Under the pieces are notes generated by a model. The model saw only the letters and a list, made by a program, of their open reading frames with translations. It was not told where the DNA came from and ran no database searches. Position numbers and translations under genes: made by a program. From Eledone cirrhosa (lineage: Eukaryota): DNA of 64,000 nt. How positions within the stretch are numbered: position 1 is the first letter of the stretch; each line of letters begins with the position of its first letter. Where the stretch lies: assembly GCA_964016885.1 (NCBI GenBank), contig OZ024762.1:20584001-20648000 (forward strand), given 5' to 3'. Below are positions 14,257 through 28,082 of the stretch, in pieces.

Positions 14257-14392
14257 TGTTTCTACTTTAGGCACAAGGCCAGCAATTACCCAGTGCATTA
14301 CTGGTACTTTGTTTTATCGACCCCGTAAGGATGAAAGGCAAAGTCAAACTCGGCGGGATTTGAACTCAGATTTGAACTCAGATTTGAACTCA
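14257..14392 (-). mobile_element. 5'-truncated SINE family B flanked by ~58-bp direct repeats
   Basis: 14199-14256 is repeated at 14391-14449; GATTTGAACTCA occurs three times at 14357-14392. Confidence 0.8.
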
Positions 14393-15314
14393 GTCATGGT
14401 ACCACTTCCAAACTGGGCTGTGCATGTCAGTCCTGTTCATGTAAATAATGAACAGGAGAGGTGACAGCAGATACCCTTGGCAGAGACCGACTCCCACATT
14501 GAATGGTTTTGATTTAGCACCATTTATCCGAACAAAAGTACTTGGGCATTCTTATAGAGACATTAGAGCAGCAAGATGCTGACCATCGATCCCATACAAT
14601 GTTTAATCATTTTACTATTATTAATATCATTTTCCATATATGGTAGCTGGAAATTATTTGGCTATTCTATAAAGAATATTAATCTCCTGATTTTTTCATA
14701 GTAAGAATATGATTTTTCCATAGGAAGAATTTCTTCTTCCCGCTCCACATAATGACGTCATTCTCCTTGCATACATTTCACTCATCTCAAGAGAACATCC
14801 TCATGCACTACGGTTATGTCTTCCTGTTTTCTATAGGCAACATTCTGTCATAAATATTTTGCAATATTTACTGCTGTGTCTTCAAATTGATTTTTCTCAG
14901 TTTCAGATGATCCTGCTTAGGGTGAAAGCAGAAATTCTTTGCTTAAACTTTTAATCTGTACTAATAGCAAATATTTGCTCTATGGATTTATATATACTTA
15001 TAATGGCATTCCTATGTTTTAACGACAATACAACTTTCTCCGGCTTGGCCTGTTCCCCCCCTTTTGGAACTTTCCCCCGTTGATGGGCGTGAGCCCGAAA
15101 TATTGGGATTAAATCTCCACTACGGTAACCCTTCTACCTTTGTTTTGTTTTCCTTTTTCGTTTCTCTCAATTTTCACTTTTCTCCTATTTCTCACTCACT
15201 TCCTACCTCGAGATTTCCCATCTGCATTGTTGTGGCTTTCTAAACTACATATTTTACATATTTCACAATGCTTCAAGCAAACTTTAACACCCTCATATAT
15301 ATATATATATATAT

Positions 15315-15450
15315 AGGGGCATAAAACTGATGGATCAGGTTATGAAAGTGACAGAAAGAATGCTAGCGCAACTATTTAGAGAAAGAGTCAAATTAGATGA
15401 GATGCAGTTTGGTTTTGCGACTGGGAAAAGTACAACAGATGCCCTCTTCA
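15315..15450 (+). pseudogene. RTE reverse transcriptase fragment (N-terminal RT motifs)
   Basis: RGIKLMDQVMKVTER...DEMQFGFATGKSTTDALF, the typical non-LTR RT QFGF--G-ST-DA motif. Confidence 0.8.
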
Positions 15451-15584
15451 AGCATGGCGAGATTGCTGGTTTAGTCACTGATGACCCGACCATGAACAGG
15501 TATTTTACTGAGTTGCATGTACCAGTAGAGCTGAAGAGCGACATGACATACATACATACATATAAATATATATATATATATATA

Positions 15585-15963
15585 TCATCATCATTTCATT
15601 TTACGTCCGCTTTTTCCCTGCTTGCAAGGGTGGGACAGGAACTGATTCTGGTTTGATTTCTACAGCTGGATGCCCTTCCTAACACCAACCTCATTTACAG
15701 TGAGTGCTGGGTGCTTTCTTGCTGTAGCGCCTACACGTCCACTTTACAGTGGAATGATATGGACCCCAGTCCCTATCATCTCATTTCTACAGCTGAGTAA
15801 ACTGGAACAATATGAAATAAAGTGTCTTGCTCAAGGAAACAACATATCACCCTTGAGCAAGACACTTTATTTCACATTGCTCCAGTTTACTCAGCTGTAG
15901 AAATGAGATGATAGGGACTGGGGTCCATATCATTCCACTGTAAAGTGGTCGTAGAGGTGCCAC
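15585..15963 (-). mobile_element. SINE family A, 5'-truncated with an inverted duplication (hairpin)
   Basis: 15723-15835 is the reverse complement of 15851-15963, with a spacer of about 15 nt. Confidence 0.85.
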
Positions 15964-15994
<31 letters not shown>

Positions 15995-16193
15995 TATATA
16001 CATACATACATTTCCTTATGTGTCTTGTGTAATAGATACAATAATGTATAATATTTTGCAATATGGAAAAAAATTTCTGTTTAAAAAAAAAATGCATTAA
16101 ATAATTAAATAATTAAATAATTAAATAATAGATTTAAAAAATATATATATAGAATAAAACAACAGCTAAATAATAAACAGCAAATACAAACAA

Positions 16194-16225
<32 letters not shown>

Positions 16226-16552
16226 GTAGTAAAATACAAACACAAACATCAAGATTTCAACAAGGGAAATATGAATATTTCACAAGAACTCTAACACCAA
16301 ACACAACAACTTCAAACACACCAAACACTACAACAACAATATCAAACACAACAACAACAATATCAAACACAACAACAACAATATCAAACACAACAACAAC
16401 AATATCAAACACAGCAACAACAACAATATCAAACAATGATTCTCATCGTACAATGGTTTACTTCCATTTCTTTGGTTAGATTCCAGACATGTCTCACCAT
16501 TTATCACATATGGTGTTTACATAGTTGCCTTTATTATATATATATATATACC

Positions 16553-16633
<81 letters not shown>

Positions 16634-16737
16634 ATATATATATATATATGTATGTATATATATATATGTATATATATAATACACAGACATATATATATAT
16701 ACACATACACATATATATATATATATATATATATAAT

Positions 16738-16797
<60 letters not shown>

Positions 16798-16902
16798 ACA
16801 CATATATATATTATACATATATACACATATATATATTATATATATATGTATATATATATATATATATCATCATCGTTTAACGTCCATCTTCCACGCTATA
16901 TA

Positions 16903-16950
<48 letters not shown>

Positions 16951-17234
16951 AACCCACACACAGATACACATACACATATATATGTGTGTGTATGTATATA
17001 TACACACATATATGTGTGAGTGTGTGTTTGTAATTTTTGCTGTTGTGGTAATTGTTACTCTAGCAGCAGCAGCAGCAGCAGTAACAGCAGTAGTAGCAGC
17101 AGCAGCAGTAGTAGTAGTAGGTGCTGCTGTTGTTGTTGTTGTTGTTGTTGTTGTTATCTATTGTAATAATTTTATATTATCTTCCTCTTGCATTATGTTT
17201 AGTTTCTTGTGAAAACTTCAAAAGATTGCAGTTG

Positions 17235-17980
17235 TTCTTGTTGTTGTGCTTTCTTTAGTTGCTGTTGTTGTTGTTGTAGTGCTTTCTTTAGTTGCTGTTG
17301 TTGTTGGTGTTGTAGTGGTTGTAGTGCTTTCTTTAGTTGCTGTTGTTGTTGGTGTTGTAGTGGTTGTAGTGCTTTCTTTAGTTGCTGCTGTTGTTGTTGT
17401 AGTGCTTTCTTTAGTTGCTGTTGTTGTTGTTGGTGTTGTTGTTGTGCTTTCTTTAGTTGCTGTTGTTGTTGTTGTTGTTGTTGTTGTAGTGCTTTCTTTA
17501 GTTGCTGTTGTTGTTGTTGTTGTGGTTGTAGTGCTTTCTTTAGTTGCTGTTGTTGTTGTTGTAGTGCTTTCTTTAGTTGCTGTTGTTGTTGTTGTAGTGG
17601 TTGTAGTGCTTTCTTTAGTTGCTGTTGTTGTTGTTGTAGTGGTTGTAGTGCTTTCTTTAGTTGCTGTTGTTGTTGTTGTTGTTGTTGTAGTGCTTTCTTT
17701 AGTTGCTGTTGTTGTTGTTGTTGGTTGTAGTGCTTTCTTTAGTTGCTGTTGTTGTTGTTGGTGTTGTAGTGCTTTCTTTAGTTGCTGTTGTTGTTGTTGT
17801 TGTTGGTTGTAGTGCTTTCTTTAGTTGCTGTTGTTGTTGTTGGTGTTGTAGTGCTTTCTTTAGTTGCTGTTGTTGTTGGTGTTGCTGTTGTTATTGTGGT
17901 TGTTGTTGTAGTAGTTGTAGTAGTAGTAGTAGTAGTATTAGTAGTAGTAGTAGTAGTAGTAGTAGTAATAGTAGTAGTAG
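17235..17980. repeat. GTAGTGCTTTCTTTAGTTGCT(GTT)n minisatellite followed by (GTA)n
   Basis: direct inspection. Confidence 0.9.
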
Positions 17981-18137
17981 ACTGTTAGTCTCTTCACCTA
18001 GCTGTCTTCGTCTCTCAATGTGAAGAAGGAAACAACAGACAATGGGTTATCTTGTGGGATTTGACTAAGACGATATTTCATTCATTAATCTCGTTATTTA
18101 TAATGATTCAACGAAAACCCACAGCTCATGTTGCTCT

Positions 18138-19076
18138 ATTTCATTTGATATAGCAACATATATATGTCTGTGTATATGTATATATGTATGGCTATATATA
18201 TATATATATATATAAAGTATCTGTGTATGTAAATATATAAATATATATATACACATATATATATATATACATTTAGGATTGTTTTCATTTGATATAGCAA
18301 CATATATATGTCTGTGTATATGTATGTATGTATGGCTATATATATATATATATAAAGTATGTGTGTATGTAAATATATATATATATATACACACATATAT
18401 ATATATATATACATTTAGGATTGTTTTCATTTGATATAGCAACATATATATGTCTGTGTATATGTATATATGTATGGCTATATATATATATAAAGTATGT
18501 GTGTATGTAAATATATATATATATATACACACACATATATATATATATACATTTAGGATTGTTTTCATTTGATATAGCAACATATATATGTCTATGTATA
18601 TGTATATATGTATGGCTATATATATATATAAAGTATGTGTGTATGTAAATATATATATATATATATACACACACATATATATATATATATATACATTTAG
18701 GATTGTTTTCATTTGATATAGCAATATATATATGTCTGTGTATATGCATATATGTATGGCTATATATATATATAGTATGTGTGTATGTAAATATATATAT
18801 ATATATACACACATATATATATATATATACATTTAGGATTGTTTTCATTTGATATAGAAACATATATATGTCTGTGTATATGTATGTATATATGTATGGC
18901 TATATATATATATATATATAAAAGTATGTGTGTATGTAAATATATATATATATATATATATATATACATTTAGGATTGTTTTCATTTGATATAGCAACAT
19001 ATATATGTCTGTGTATATGTATGTATATATGTATGGCTATATATATATATATATATAAAAGTATGTGTGTATGTAA

Positions 19077-19123
<47 letters not shown>

Positions 19124-19130
19124 CATTTAG
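18138..19130. repeat. ~120-140-bp tandem repeat with variable internal (TA)n, about 7 copies
   Basis: recurring CATTTAGGATTGTTTTCATTTGATATAGCAACAT. Confidence 0.9.
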
Positions 19131-19324
19131 GTTTGTTGGTTCACCACTGGATAGAACTGGTCATTCCGTATAGTCAACCTCGATGTAATATTAGGGAGAG
19201 CACTCAACGTAATGCAACTCACCCGTCTTCATTCGTGTAGTTGGCGGTGCGAGTACGGAGTTAATTATTATAAAATAACAGGAGGCTGGACTGGTGTAAT
19301 TCCTTAAAGGTTTATTCTACTATG

Positions 19325-19375
19325 AACATTTCAATGACCGGGTTCAATATGAATCCGGTGACATCATCAGGTATT
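19325..19375 (-). ncRNA. hammerhead-like motif with long stem II; related copy at 38733-38785 (-)
   Basis: Minus strand reads CTGATGA-TGTCACCGGATTCA-TAT-TGAACCCGGTCATT-GAAA-TGTTC. Stems I and III are partly decayed. Confidence 0.6.
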
Positions 19376-19639
19376 CGAAATTTAACAAAGGAATATAATC
19401 CATCAGTTGTCTGTTATGGGTCACTGATGTTTTGATGCATTAAAGGCAATTCATCTCTCCACAGTACATTAATAACTACAAGTAGTTATTAGGGAAGGAA
19501 ACAGCAAAAAACAGAGCCGATAAAATTGAAAATTGTTGTGTACAGTGCTCAGGTGCACTTCATTTAATCAAAGGTGCATGTACAGTACATAGAATAATGT
19601 ACAAATGTCAGGAAAAAATATGTATATAAATGGTTTTGA

Positions 19640-19912
19640 GAGAAATCTGGAGTGGTACTGACATGTGATGCATATAGATGATTGCGGCTGGGTGAAGAGG
19701 TGCTAGGAGATCCCAGTGGAAGGAAGCTGCAGTAGAAGTAAACCAAGGAAGACCTGGGCAGAAGTAGTAGCAGCTGATCTCAAATTGCTGAGACTCACAG
19801 AGGAGATGATGAAGGAATATAGCAAGTGGAGAGATGCTGTGCTGAGACGGACCCATCCAACCCATGCAAGTGTGGAAAAAGGAACATAAAAACGCTGATG
19901 ATGATGATAATG
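19640..19912 (+). mobile_element. RTE LINE 3' fragment
   Basis: AAACCAAGGAAGACCTGGGCAGAAGTAGTA (KPRKTWAEVV) plus tail and (ATG)n. Similar fragments at 41480-41637 and 52957-53139. Confidence 0.8.
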
Positions 19913-20318
19913 ATACATACATATATATATATATATATATGAATTATAGGAGCCCACTTGAATATATATCTGTTGATGGTATACAAGCTCCTACATAAAT
20001 TGGTATAATTTCACCCAAATTGTAGGAGTCCTATAATGAAATGAGACGTCCGTCTGGGAAGAGATATATTAGATATGTCTGATATGAAATAATACAGCCA
20101 ATTTTCCACGCAATACTTTTAGTTAGCACCCCGAACGCATAATTGGGAATATAATCCCTTATTTCCTAATTTTTGATGAGTGAGTTGGAATTTGCCCGGA
20201 GTATCGCTAAAAAGCTTTCTCTGATATTGTATTTATTTATATATATATATATAATCAACAACAAAGAACGCTTAGAGCATAGGTACGTCTTTACTTGCTA
20301 ACAGTGTTTCGTCCACAC

Positions 20319-21550
20319 TGTGTGGACGAAACACTGTTAGCAAGTAAAGACGTACCTATGCTCTAAGCGTTCTTTGTGTGGACGAAACACTGTTAGCAAG
20401 TAAAGACGTACCTATGCTCTAAGCGTTCTTTGTGTGGACGAAACACTGTTAGCAAGTAAAGACGTACCTATGCTCTAAGCGTTCTTTGTGTGGACGAAAC
20501 ACTGTTAGCAAGTAAAGACGTACCTATGCTCTAAGCGTTCTTTGTGTGGACGAAACACTGTTAGCAAGTAAAGACGTACCTATGCTCTAAGCGTTCTTTG
20601 TGTGGACGAAACACTGTTAGCAAGTAAAGACGTACCTATGCTCTAAGCGTTCTTTGTGTGGACGAAACACTGTTAGCAAGTAAAGACGTACCTATGCTCT
20701 AAGCGTTCTTTGTGTGGACGAAACACTGTTAGCAAGTAAAGACGTACCTATGCTCTAAGCGTTCTTTGTGTGGACGAAACACTGTTAGCAAGTAAAGACG
20801 TACCTATGCTCTAAGCGTTCTTTGTGTGGACGAAACACTGTTAGCAAGTAAAGACGTACCTATGCTCTAAGCGTTCTTTGTGTGGACGAAACACTGTTAG
20901 CAAGTAAAGACGTACCTATGCTCTAAGCGTTCTTTGTGTGGACGAAACACTGTTAGCAAGTAAAGACGTACCTATGCTCTAAGCGTTCTTTGTGTGGACG
21001 AAACACTGTTAGCAAGTAAAGACGTACCTATGCTCTAAGCGTTCTTTGTGTGGACGAAACACTGTTAGCAAGTAAAGACGTACCTATGCTCTAAGCGTTC
21101 TTTGTGTGGACGAAACACTGTTAGCAAGTAAAGACGTACCTATGCTCTAAGCGTTCTTTGTGTGGACGAAACACTGTTAGCAAGTAAAGACGTACCTATG
21201 CTCTAAGCGTTCTTTGTGTGGACGAAACACTGTTAGCAAGTAAAGACGTACCTATGCTCTAAGCGTTCTTTGTGTGGACGAAACACTGTTAGCAAGTAAA
21301 GACGTACCTATGCTCTAAGCGTTCTTTGTGTGGACGAAACACTGTTAGCAAGTAAAGACGTACCTATGCTCTAAGCGTTCTTTGTGTGGACGAAACACTG
21401 TTAGCAAGTAAAGACGTACCTATGCTCTAAGCGTTCTTTGTGTGGACGAAACACTGTTAGCAAGTAAAGACGTACCTATGCTCTAAGCGTTCTTTGTGTG
21501 GACGAAACACTGTTAGCAAGTAAAGACGTACCTATGCTCTAAGCGTTCTT
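20319..21550 (+). repeat. perfect 56-bp tandem array, 22 copies, each carrying the 3' half of a hammerhead motif
   Basis: Unit TGTGTGGACGAAACACTGTTAGCAAGTAAAGACGTACCTATGCTCTAAGCGTTCTT; 1232 bp / 56 = 22. An inverted copy lies immediately upstream (20249-20318). Confidence 0.95.
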
Positions 21551-21727
21551 TGTTGTTGATTATATTACGGCTCTGTCCTCAGACATCGAGCTAACCTTAT
21601 ACTGCCTATTGGATAAGTGGAGTGTTACACACTCCTGATCCTCTCCCTTATATACTATATATATATATATATATAATGGCGTAGGATAGAAGAAAGGAAA
21701 GGCACAGAAACGAAGAAAGAAATCCCC

Positions 21728-21772
21728 AGTCACTGAAGAGGTCACAGAGTGTGTGACGAAAGAACTATGACT
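21728..21772 (+). ncRNA. minimal type I hammerhead ribozyme motif
   Basis: AGTCA-CTGAAGA-G-GTCACA-GAGTG-TGTGAC-GAAA-GAAC-TA-TGACT, with perfect stems I and II. Confidence 0.85.
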
Positions 21773-21987
21773 ATATATATATAAACAACTATCTGGTTGT
21801 GGAACCAACCAACCAACCAGAAATTTATAAATTTGTAAATTTATAAATATATATTAAATTAAATTGAAGTGAAAGCAACTGGTGCGTGTGTTTCTTATTG
21901 GCAACATGACCCTCCCAAAGTATAACAATATCGGTTTCAACACACGATTTCAGATAAAGAATCTTGCTAAACAAATTCAGAAACGAA

Positions 21988-22019
<32 letters not shown>

Positions 22020-22215
22020 AGATTCAGGACCCCGACGGCTGAGCTCCGGCCATTGCGACAGCTAGATCCAAACAATACTCTGGTGCATTATGGTCCACCT
22101 GGTATCTTACCACACCATATTTGTTATATATATATATAACTCTTTTACTTTTTTTACCTGTTCCAGCCATCTGGCTGAGGTCATCTTGGGGCACCACCCT
22201 TGATGAGGATGATGG

Positions 22216-22593
22216 TCATCATCATCATTTTACGTCCGCTTTTCCCTGCTTGCAAGGGTGGGACGGGTCCTATTCAGCACAGCATCCCTCCACTTGTCAC
22301 GGTCCTTCGACATCTCCACCGTGAGCTTCAGCGATCTGAGGTCTGCTCTCACCACCTCCGCCCATGTTTTTCGTGGTCTATCTCTACCACGTCTTCCTTC
22401 TACTGGCATTTCCTGGCACTTCTTCACCCATTGGTCATCCTTCATGCGTATCACATGTCCATACCACCTCAGTCTCCTCTCCCATACACTACATTCAATC
22501 CCTCTCACACACAGTTTCACTCTCAGCACATTTATGCTGGGTAGTTCATGCACATTGACATTGCACATTTAACGGAGCATGCTTGCCTCATTG
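22216..22593 (-). mobile_element. RTE LINE family 2, 3' end (tail donor of SINE family A)
   Basis: ORF 22230..22568 ERRLRWYGHVIRM...GRDRPRKTWAEVV. Its terminal ~45 nt match the SINE A tail. Confidence 0.9.
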
Positions 22594-22792
22594 ATATATA
22601 TAAATATATACAACAACATCGTTATCATTTAATGTCTATTTTCCACACTAGCATGAGTTAGATGGGATCTCCATTTTGAAGCAAGGTGGATCAGGTGACC
22701 AAGTCTTGCTCATACAGAACTCCTTCTGGCTTGGTTTCTATCGCTGAACGTCCTTTCTAACATCGACCACATTTGCAGTGTATATATATCAT

Positions 22793-22847
<55 letters not shown>

Positions 22848-22999
22848 TTTTCATTTAGTCCAGAATTAGCCGTCGAAACGGCTTGAGCTCAGCTGTCGGG
22901 GTCTTACTGGTTCCTATTACCCACTCTACTACCTCAAGTATTGAGTACTTTGGTGCGTTATGGTCCACCTGGTTCCTTACCACATTTCCTTCGTTATAT

Positions 23000-23054
<55 letters not shown>

Positions 23055-23119
23055 TCATGATGATGATGATGATGATGATGATATATATATATATATATAT
23101 ATACATACATATATATGTA

Positions 23120-23530
23120 TATCATCATCATCATCATCGTTTAACGTCCATATTCCACGCTTGCATGGGTTTGGACGGGAGTTTTCCCATTTGAGGCAAG
23201 AGTGGTTGTCTTGCTCGCATAGGACTGTCTGGCGGGTTTTCTACAGCTGGATACCCTTCCTAACACCAACCACATTTACAGTGTGGACTGGGAGGTTTTT
23301 ACCGTGTTACCTACACGGCCACATTACAGCGTGGACTGTGTGTTTTTTTGTTGTGACACCTACACGACCTCATTTGTTTAAGACTGGATGTTGTGGTACC
23401 AACATAACTTTACATTGAAAGGGGTGGTGTGGATGGAGTGGAGGTAGTGGGACGGGAGTGTATTTTTGTTAGAGGTGCCTACTGACTGTAGTAGGTTAAA
23501 CTTTCTACTTAGGTAAGGCGGGTCTTCTGT
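23120..23530 (-). mobile_element. RTE LINE family 1 3'UTR fragment; others at 39935-40075, 42215-42705 and 54360-54590
   Basis: high similarity to 30126-30530. Confidence 0.8.
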
Positions 23531-23583
23531 ATTACTATATATATATATATATGAATAACGGAATGTCATGTATGTCATGTATC

Positions 23584-23646
23584 ATTATATTTTGTCTGAT
23601 GAGGACGTACTGTTGTACATCCGAAATATGTATAATAAAATGTAAT
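23584..23646 (+). ncRNA. minimal type I hammerhead ribozyme motif
   Basis: ATTATATTTTGT-CTGATGA-GGACGTAC-TGTT-GTACATCC-GAAA-TATGTA-TA-ATAAAATGTAAT, with a 12-bp stem I including G:U pairs. Confidence 0.85.
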
Positions 23647-23689
23647 TGATCAAAAGAACATCTATTTTATTAATAGTTATATATATGTA

Positions 23690-23720
<31 letters not shown>

Positions 23721-23741
23721 GTATATATATATATATATGTA

Positions 23742-23804
<63 letters not shown>

Positions 23805-24151
23805 TTATTTGTAAATATACTCTCACACGTATATATGAAAATATATCGATTTTTTCTCTCCTTTTTTTTTAAACAATTATTTAATATTTTCTTCTTTTTT
23901 CATCTACATATATAGAGTTTTCTTGTTTACACCGATTAATTTTTATCTAGAAAAGTCTGTGTTCATAGAAATTTTAATGATTGTTGCTTTTTTTGCTTTT
24001 GTTATTGTTGTTGCTGTTGTTATTGTTGTCACTATTGCTATATTTCTAGTTGTTTTACTATTCTCTCTCTCTCTATATATATATATACATATATATGTAT
24101 ATATGTATATATATATATATATGTGTATATATATATATGTGTGTATATATG

Positions 24152-24248
<97 letters not shown>

Positions 24249-24955
24249 TTTAAAGAGCTAGTGTCTTTTGTTTGTATTTTGTTTAGTTTCTTCTATCTGT
24301 TTGTTTTTGTTAATTTTTTTTTATTTTTCATTTTGTTTAAAAAAAATTTTTATTTATTATTCTAAATATATTTATTTCATCATTACCAATTTATGTATAG
24401 TTTACCGTACAGAAAAAAAAAAAAAAAAAAAAAAAAAATAAAATAAAAGAAATAATAATAAAAAAAGATAATAATAATAATAATAATAATAAAAAATTGA
24501 ATAAAAAATTTTCTATTAATATGTGTAAATTTTCTGACACTGTTTCTCATAATGAATGAAGCATTCAAAAGATAACCACCGTTCCTCAATACCCCCTTCC
24601 CCCGACCCTCCTCCTCTTCTGCTTTCTCTTCTTCTTCTTCTTCTTCTCCGCTCCACCTTCTCCCCAACCTCAACCAATTGTCGCAACCCTCTGCCTTTCC
24701 CCACACCCCACCTCAACCAATTTTACCTAACCCCTCAAACCCTCACCATTCTTCACCATTCAACAGCTTTGATCATTCTTGATGTTGTTCTTGTTCTTGT
24801 TCTTGTTGTAGTTCTTGTGGGATTTTTTTTTGACGGAAGAGGCGGGGTTGGCTGTTTTGTTTAGCTATTTTGTTTTACCGGTGACAGAAATGTTATATAC
24901 ATATATGTATGTGTATATATATATATATACATATATATATAAACACACACATACA

Positions 24956-24998
<43 letters not shown>

Positions 24999-25013
24999 AT
25001 ATATGTGTGTGTT

Positions 25014-25094
<81 letters not shown>

Positions 25095-25290
25095 TTATAT
25101 ATATATTCATATGTATGTATGTGTGTGTGTATATATATATATATATATCTATATCTATATATATACACATACACACATATATATATATATATATATTATT
25201 TTTCTTCTCTCATCTTTTTAATTTGTGGAAATATTTCATCGCTTTGTTGTCTCTGAACTCGTGTTGATGCTGCTGCTGCTGCTGCTGCTG

Positions 25291-25332
<42 letters not shown>

Positions 25333-25522
25333 AACATTGTTTCTTTCACCAATCAAAATCTGTTCAACGAACCGCGCTCTATGTTCATGTTTATCTATGT
25401 GCGTGTGTGGGAGGAACAGGGGGTATTATATATATATGTATATATATATATATGAATATATATATGTATATATATGTATATATATATACATATATATATG
25501 AATATATATATGTATATATATG

Positions 25523-25553
<31 letters not shown>

Positions 25554-25618
25554 GTATATATAAACCCATGCAAGTGTGGAAGATGGACGTTAAACGATGA
25601 TGATGATGATGATGATGA

Positions 25619-25673
<55 letters not shown>

Positions 25674-25917
25674 TATGTGTATATATATATATATATACAC
25701 ATACATAATATGGTGTATATATATACATATACAAAATGTGGTGTTGCACCAAGCAATTATATATTGTTTGAACAAAACCTCACCACCACCAATACCACCA
25801 CCACCACCATCACCACCACCAATAGCACCCTACCACCACCACCACCACCACCACCACCACCACCACCACCACTGCCATCACACTTTTAAGAATTTTCAAC
25901 ATCTCCTCAACTATAAG

Positions 25918-27081
25918 GACATTTGATAGAACTACAACCTACTCTGACATTTGATAGAGCTACAGTGTACTATGACATCTTATAGAACTACAGTGTACTA
26001 TGACATCTGATAGAGCTACAATATACTATGACATTTGATAGAGCTACAATATACTATGACATCTGATAGAGCTACAATATACTATGACATCTGATAGAGC
26101 TACAATATACTATGACATCTGAGAGAGCTACAATATACTATGACATCTGATAGAGCTACAATATACTATGACATCTGATAGTGATACAATATACTATGAC
26201 ATCTGATAGAGCTACAATATACTATGACATTTGATAGAGCTACAATATACTATGACATCTGATAGAGCTACAATATACTATGACATCTGATAGAGCTACA
26301 ATATACTATGACATCTGATAGAGCTACAATATACTATGACATCTGATAGAGCTACAATATACTATGACATTTGATAGAGCTACAATATACTATGACATCT
26401 GATAGAGCTACAATATACTATGACATCTGATAGAGCTACAATATACTATGACATCTGATAGAGCTACAATATACTATGACATCTGATAGTGATACAATAT
26501 ACTATGACATCTGATAGAGCTACAATATACTATGACATCTGATAGTGATACAATATACTATGACATCTGATAGAGCTACAATATACTATGACATCTGATA
26601 GTGATACAATATACTATGACATTTGATAGAGCTACAATATACTATGACATCTGATAGTGATACAATATACTATGACATCTGATAGAGCTACAATATACTA
26701 TGACATCTGATAGAGCTACAATATACTATGACATCTGATAGAGCTACAATATACTATGACATCTGATAGAGCTACAATATACTATGACATCTGATAGTGA
26801 TACAATATACTATGACATCTGATAGTGATACAATATACTATGACATTTGATAGAGCTACAATATACTATGACATCTGATAGAGCTACAATATACTATGAC
26901 AGCTGATAGAGCTACAATATACTATGACATTTGATAGAGCTACAATATACTATGACATCTGATAGAGCTACAATATACTATGACATCTGATAGAGCTACA
27001 ATATACTATGACATTTGATAGAGCTACAATATACTATGACATCTGATAGAGCTACAATATACTATGACATCTGATAGAGCT
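25918..27081. repeat. 28-bp minisatellite, about 41 copies
   Basis: unit TACAATATACTATGACATCTGATAGAGC with GTGA/TTTG variants. Confidence 0.95.
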
Positions 27082-27424
27082 AGGCAGGGAGGGGTGGGGA
27101 GAGGGCGCAAAGAGGGCAGGGAGAGGGTAAGGGGAGGACGGGGAGAGGACAGGGAGAGGGGAGGGACAGGACAGGGACAGGGCAGGGAGAGGGCGGGGAC
27201 AGAGGATTATTCAAGAACCGAGAGCATATGCCAAACACCTACAACCTATGTTCTTTATGTAATTGTGAAAACCCTAAGATCTGACCCCGAAGAACTTTGT
27301 GTGTCTTTCTAAAACATTAGCTCTTCATGCTGAAGACTTTCTTCCAAATAACAGAGAAACAAAAAGCTATCAAATACTTAAATGATCTCCAATGTTTTTA
27401 GATACTTACATACATGCATACATT

Positions 27425-27478
<54 letters not shown>

Positions 27479-27539
27479 TATTGAAATTTCCGTTGAAAAC
27501 AGAAAAGGTCATAGAAGTGAAGAGTGCTCTATGTAAGTA

Positions 27540-27607
27540 CTCGTCTGACGAACGAATGAAGACGTTTCTTTCGTATTCGCCTCATTCGGGAAACCTCTGG
27601 TAATGAG
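27540..27607 (+). ncRNA. type I hammerhead ribozyme motif
   Basis: CTCGT-CTGACGA-aCGAATGA...TCATTCGg-GAAA-CC-TCT-GG-TA-ATGAG; predicted GUA cleavage after 27602. Confidence 0.85.
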
Positions 27608-27675
27608 GTAATTATATTGTATTGATTTTTATACATTATATATATATATATATATGATTTTCTCTCATTCCCTCT

Positions 27676-27723
<48 letters not shown>

Positions 27724-28046
27724 CGCAAAAAGGTGAAATTGGAAATAGCACAGAAAATATATTTAAGGATCTGTCTTTTTTTCTTTTCCTTCTTTGATTC
27801 GTCTAAGTGACATTATTGAAAAAATGAGACAGACAATTCTTTTAAAAAAGAGTTTTATAAAGTATATAAATTATATCAAGTATATAAAGTATATAAAGTA
27901 TATCAAGTATTACCGGTTTTGATGTATCAGTGAAATCCATCCTATCAAATGCTGAGTATTACAATTAAAAGGAATTAAAAATTAAAGGTTTAAAGTTAAG
28001 TGTTGAGGTAGGTTTGTTCATCTTTCTTGTGGGGAAGAAGACTGGA

Positions 28047-28082
<36 letters not shown>

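Noticed and set aside
17209-17730. Cys-rich metallothionein- or keratin-associated-like ORF
   Set aside because: It derives from a (GTT)n-based minisatellite and is open in multiple frames.
20319-21550. CRISPR-like array
   Set aside because: The units are contiguous and identical with no unique spacers, there are no cas genes, and the context is eukaryotic. The same applies to the 28-, 52- and 83-bp arrays.
27330-27350. Isolated CTGAAGA heptamers (also 5510, 33615, 57052)
   Set aside because: There is no stem II, GAAA, UH arrangement downstream, so they were not counted as hammerheads.
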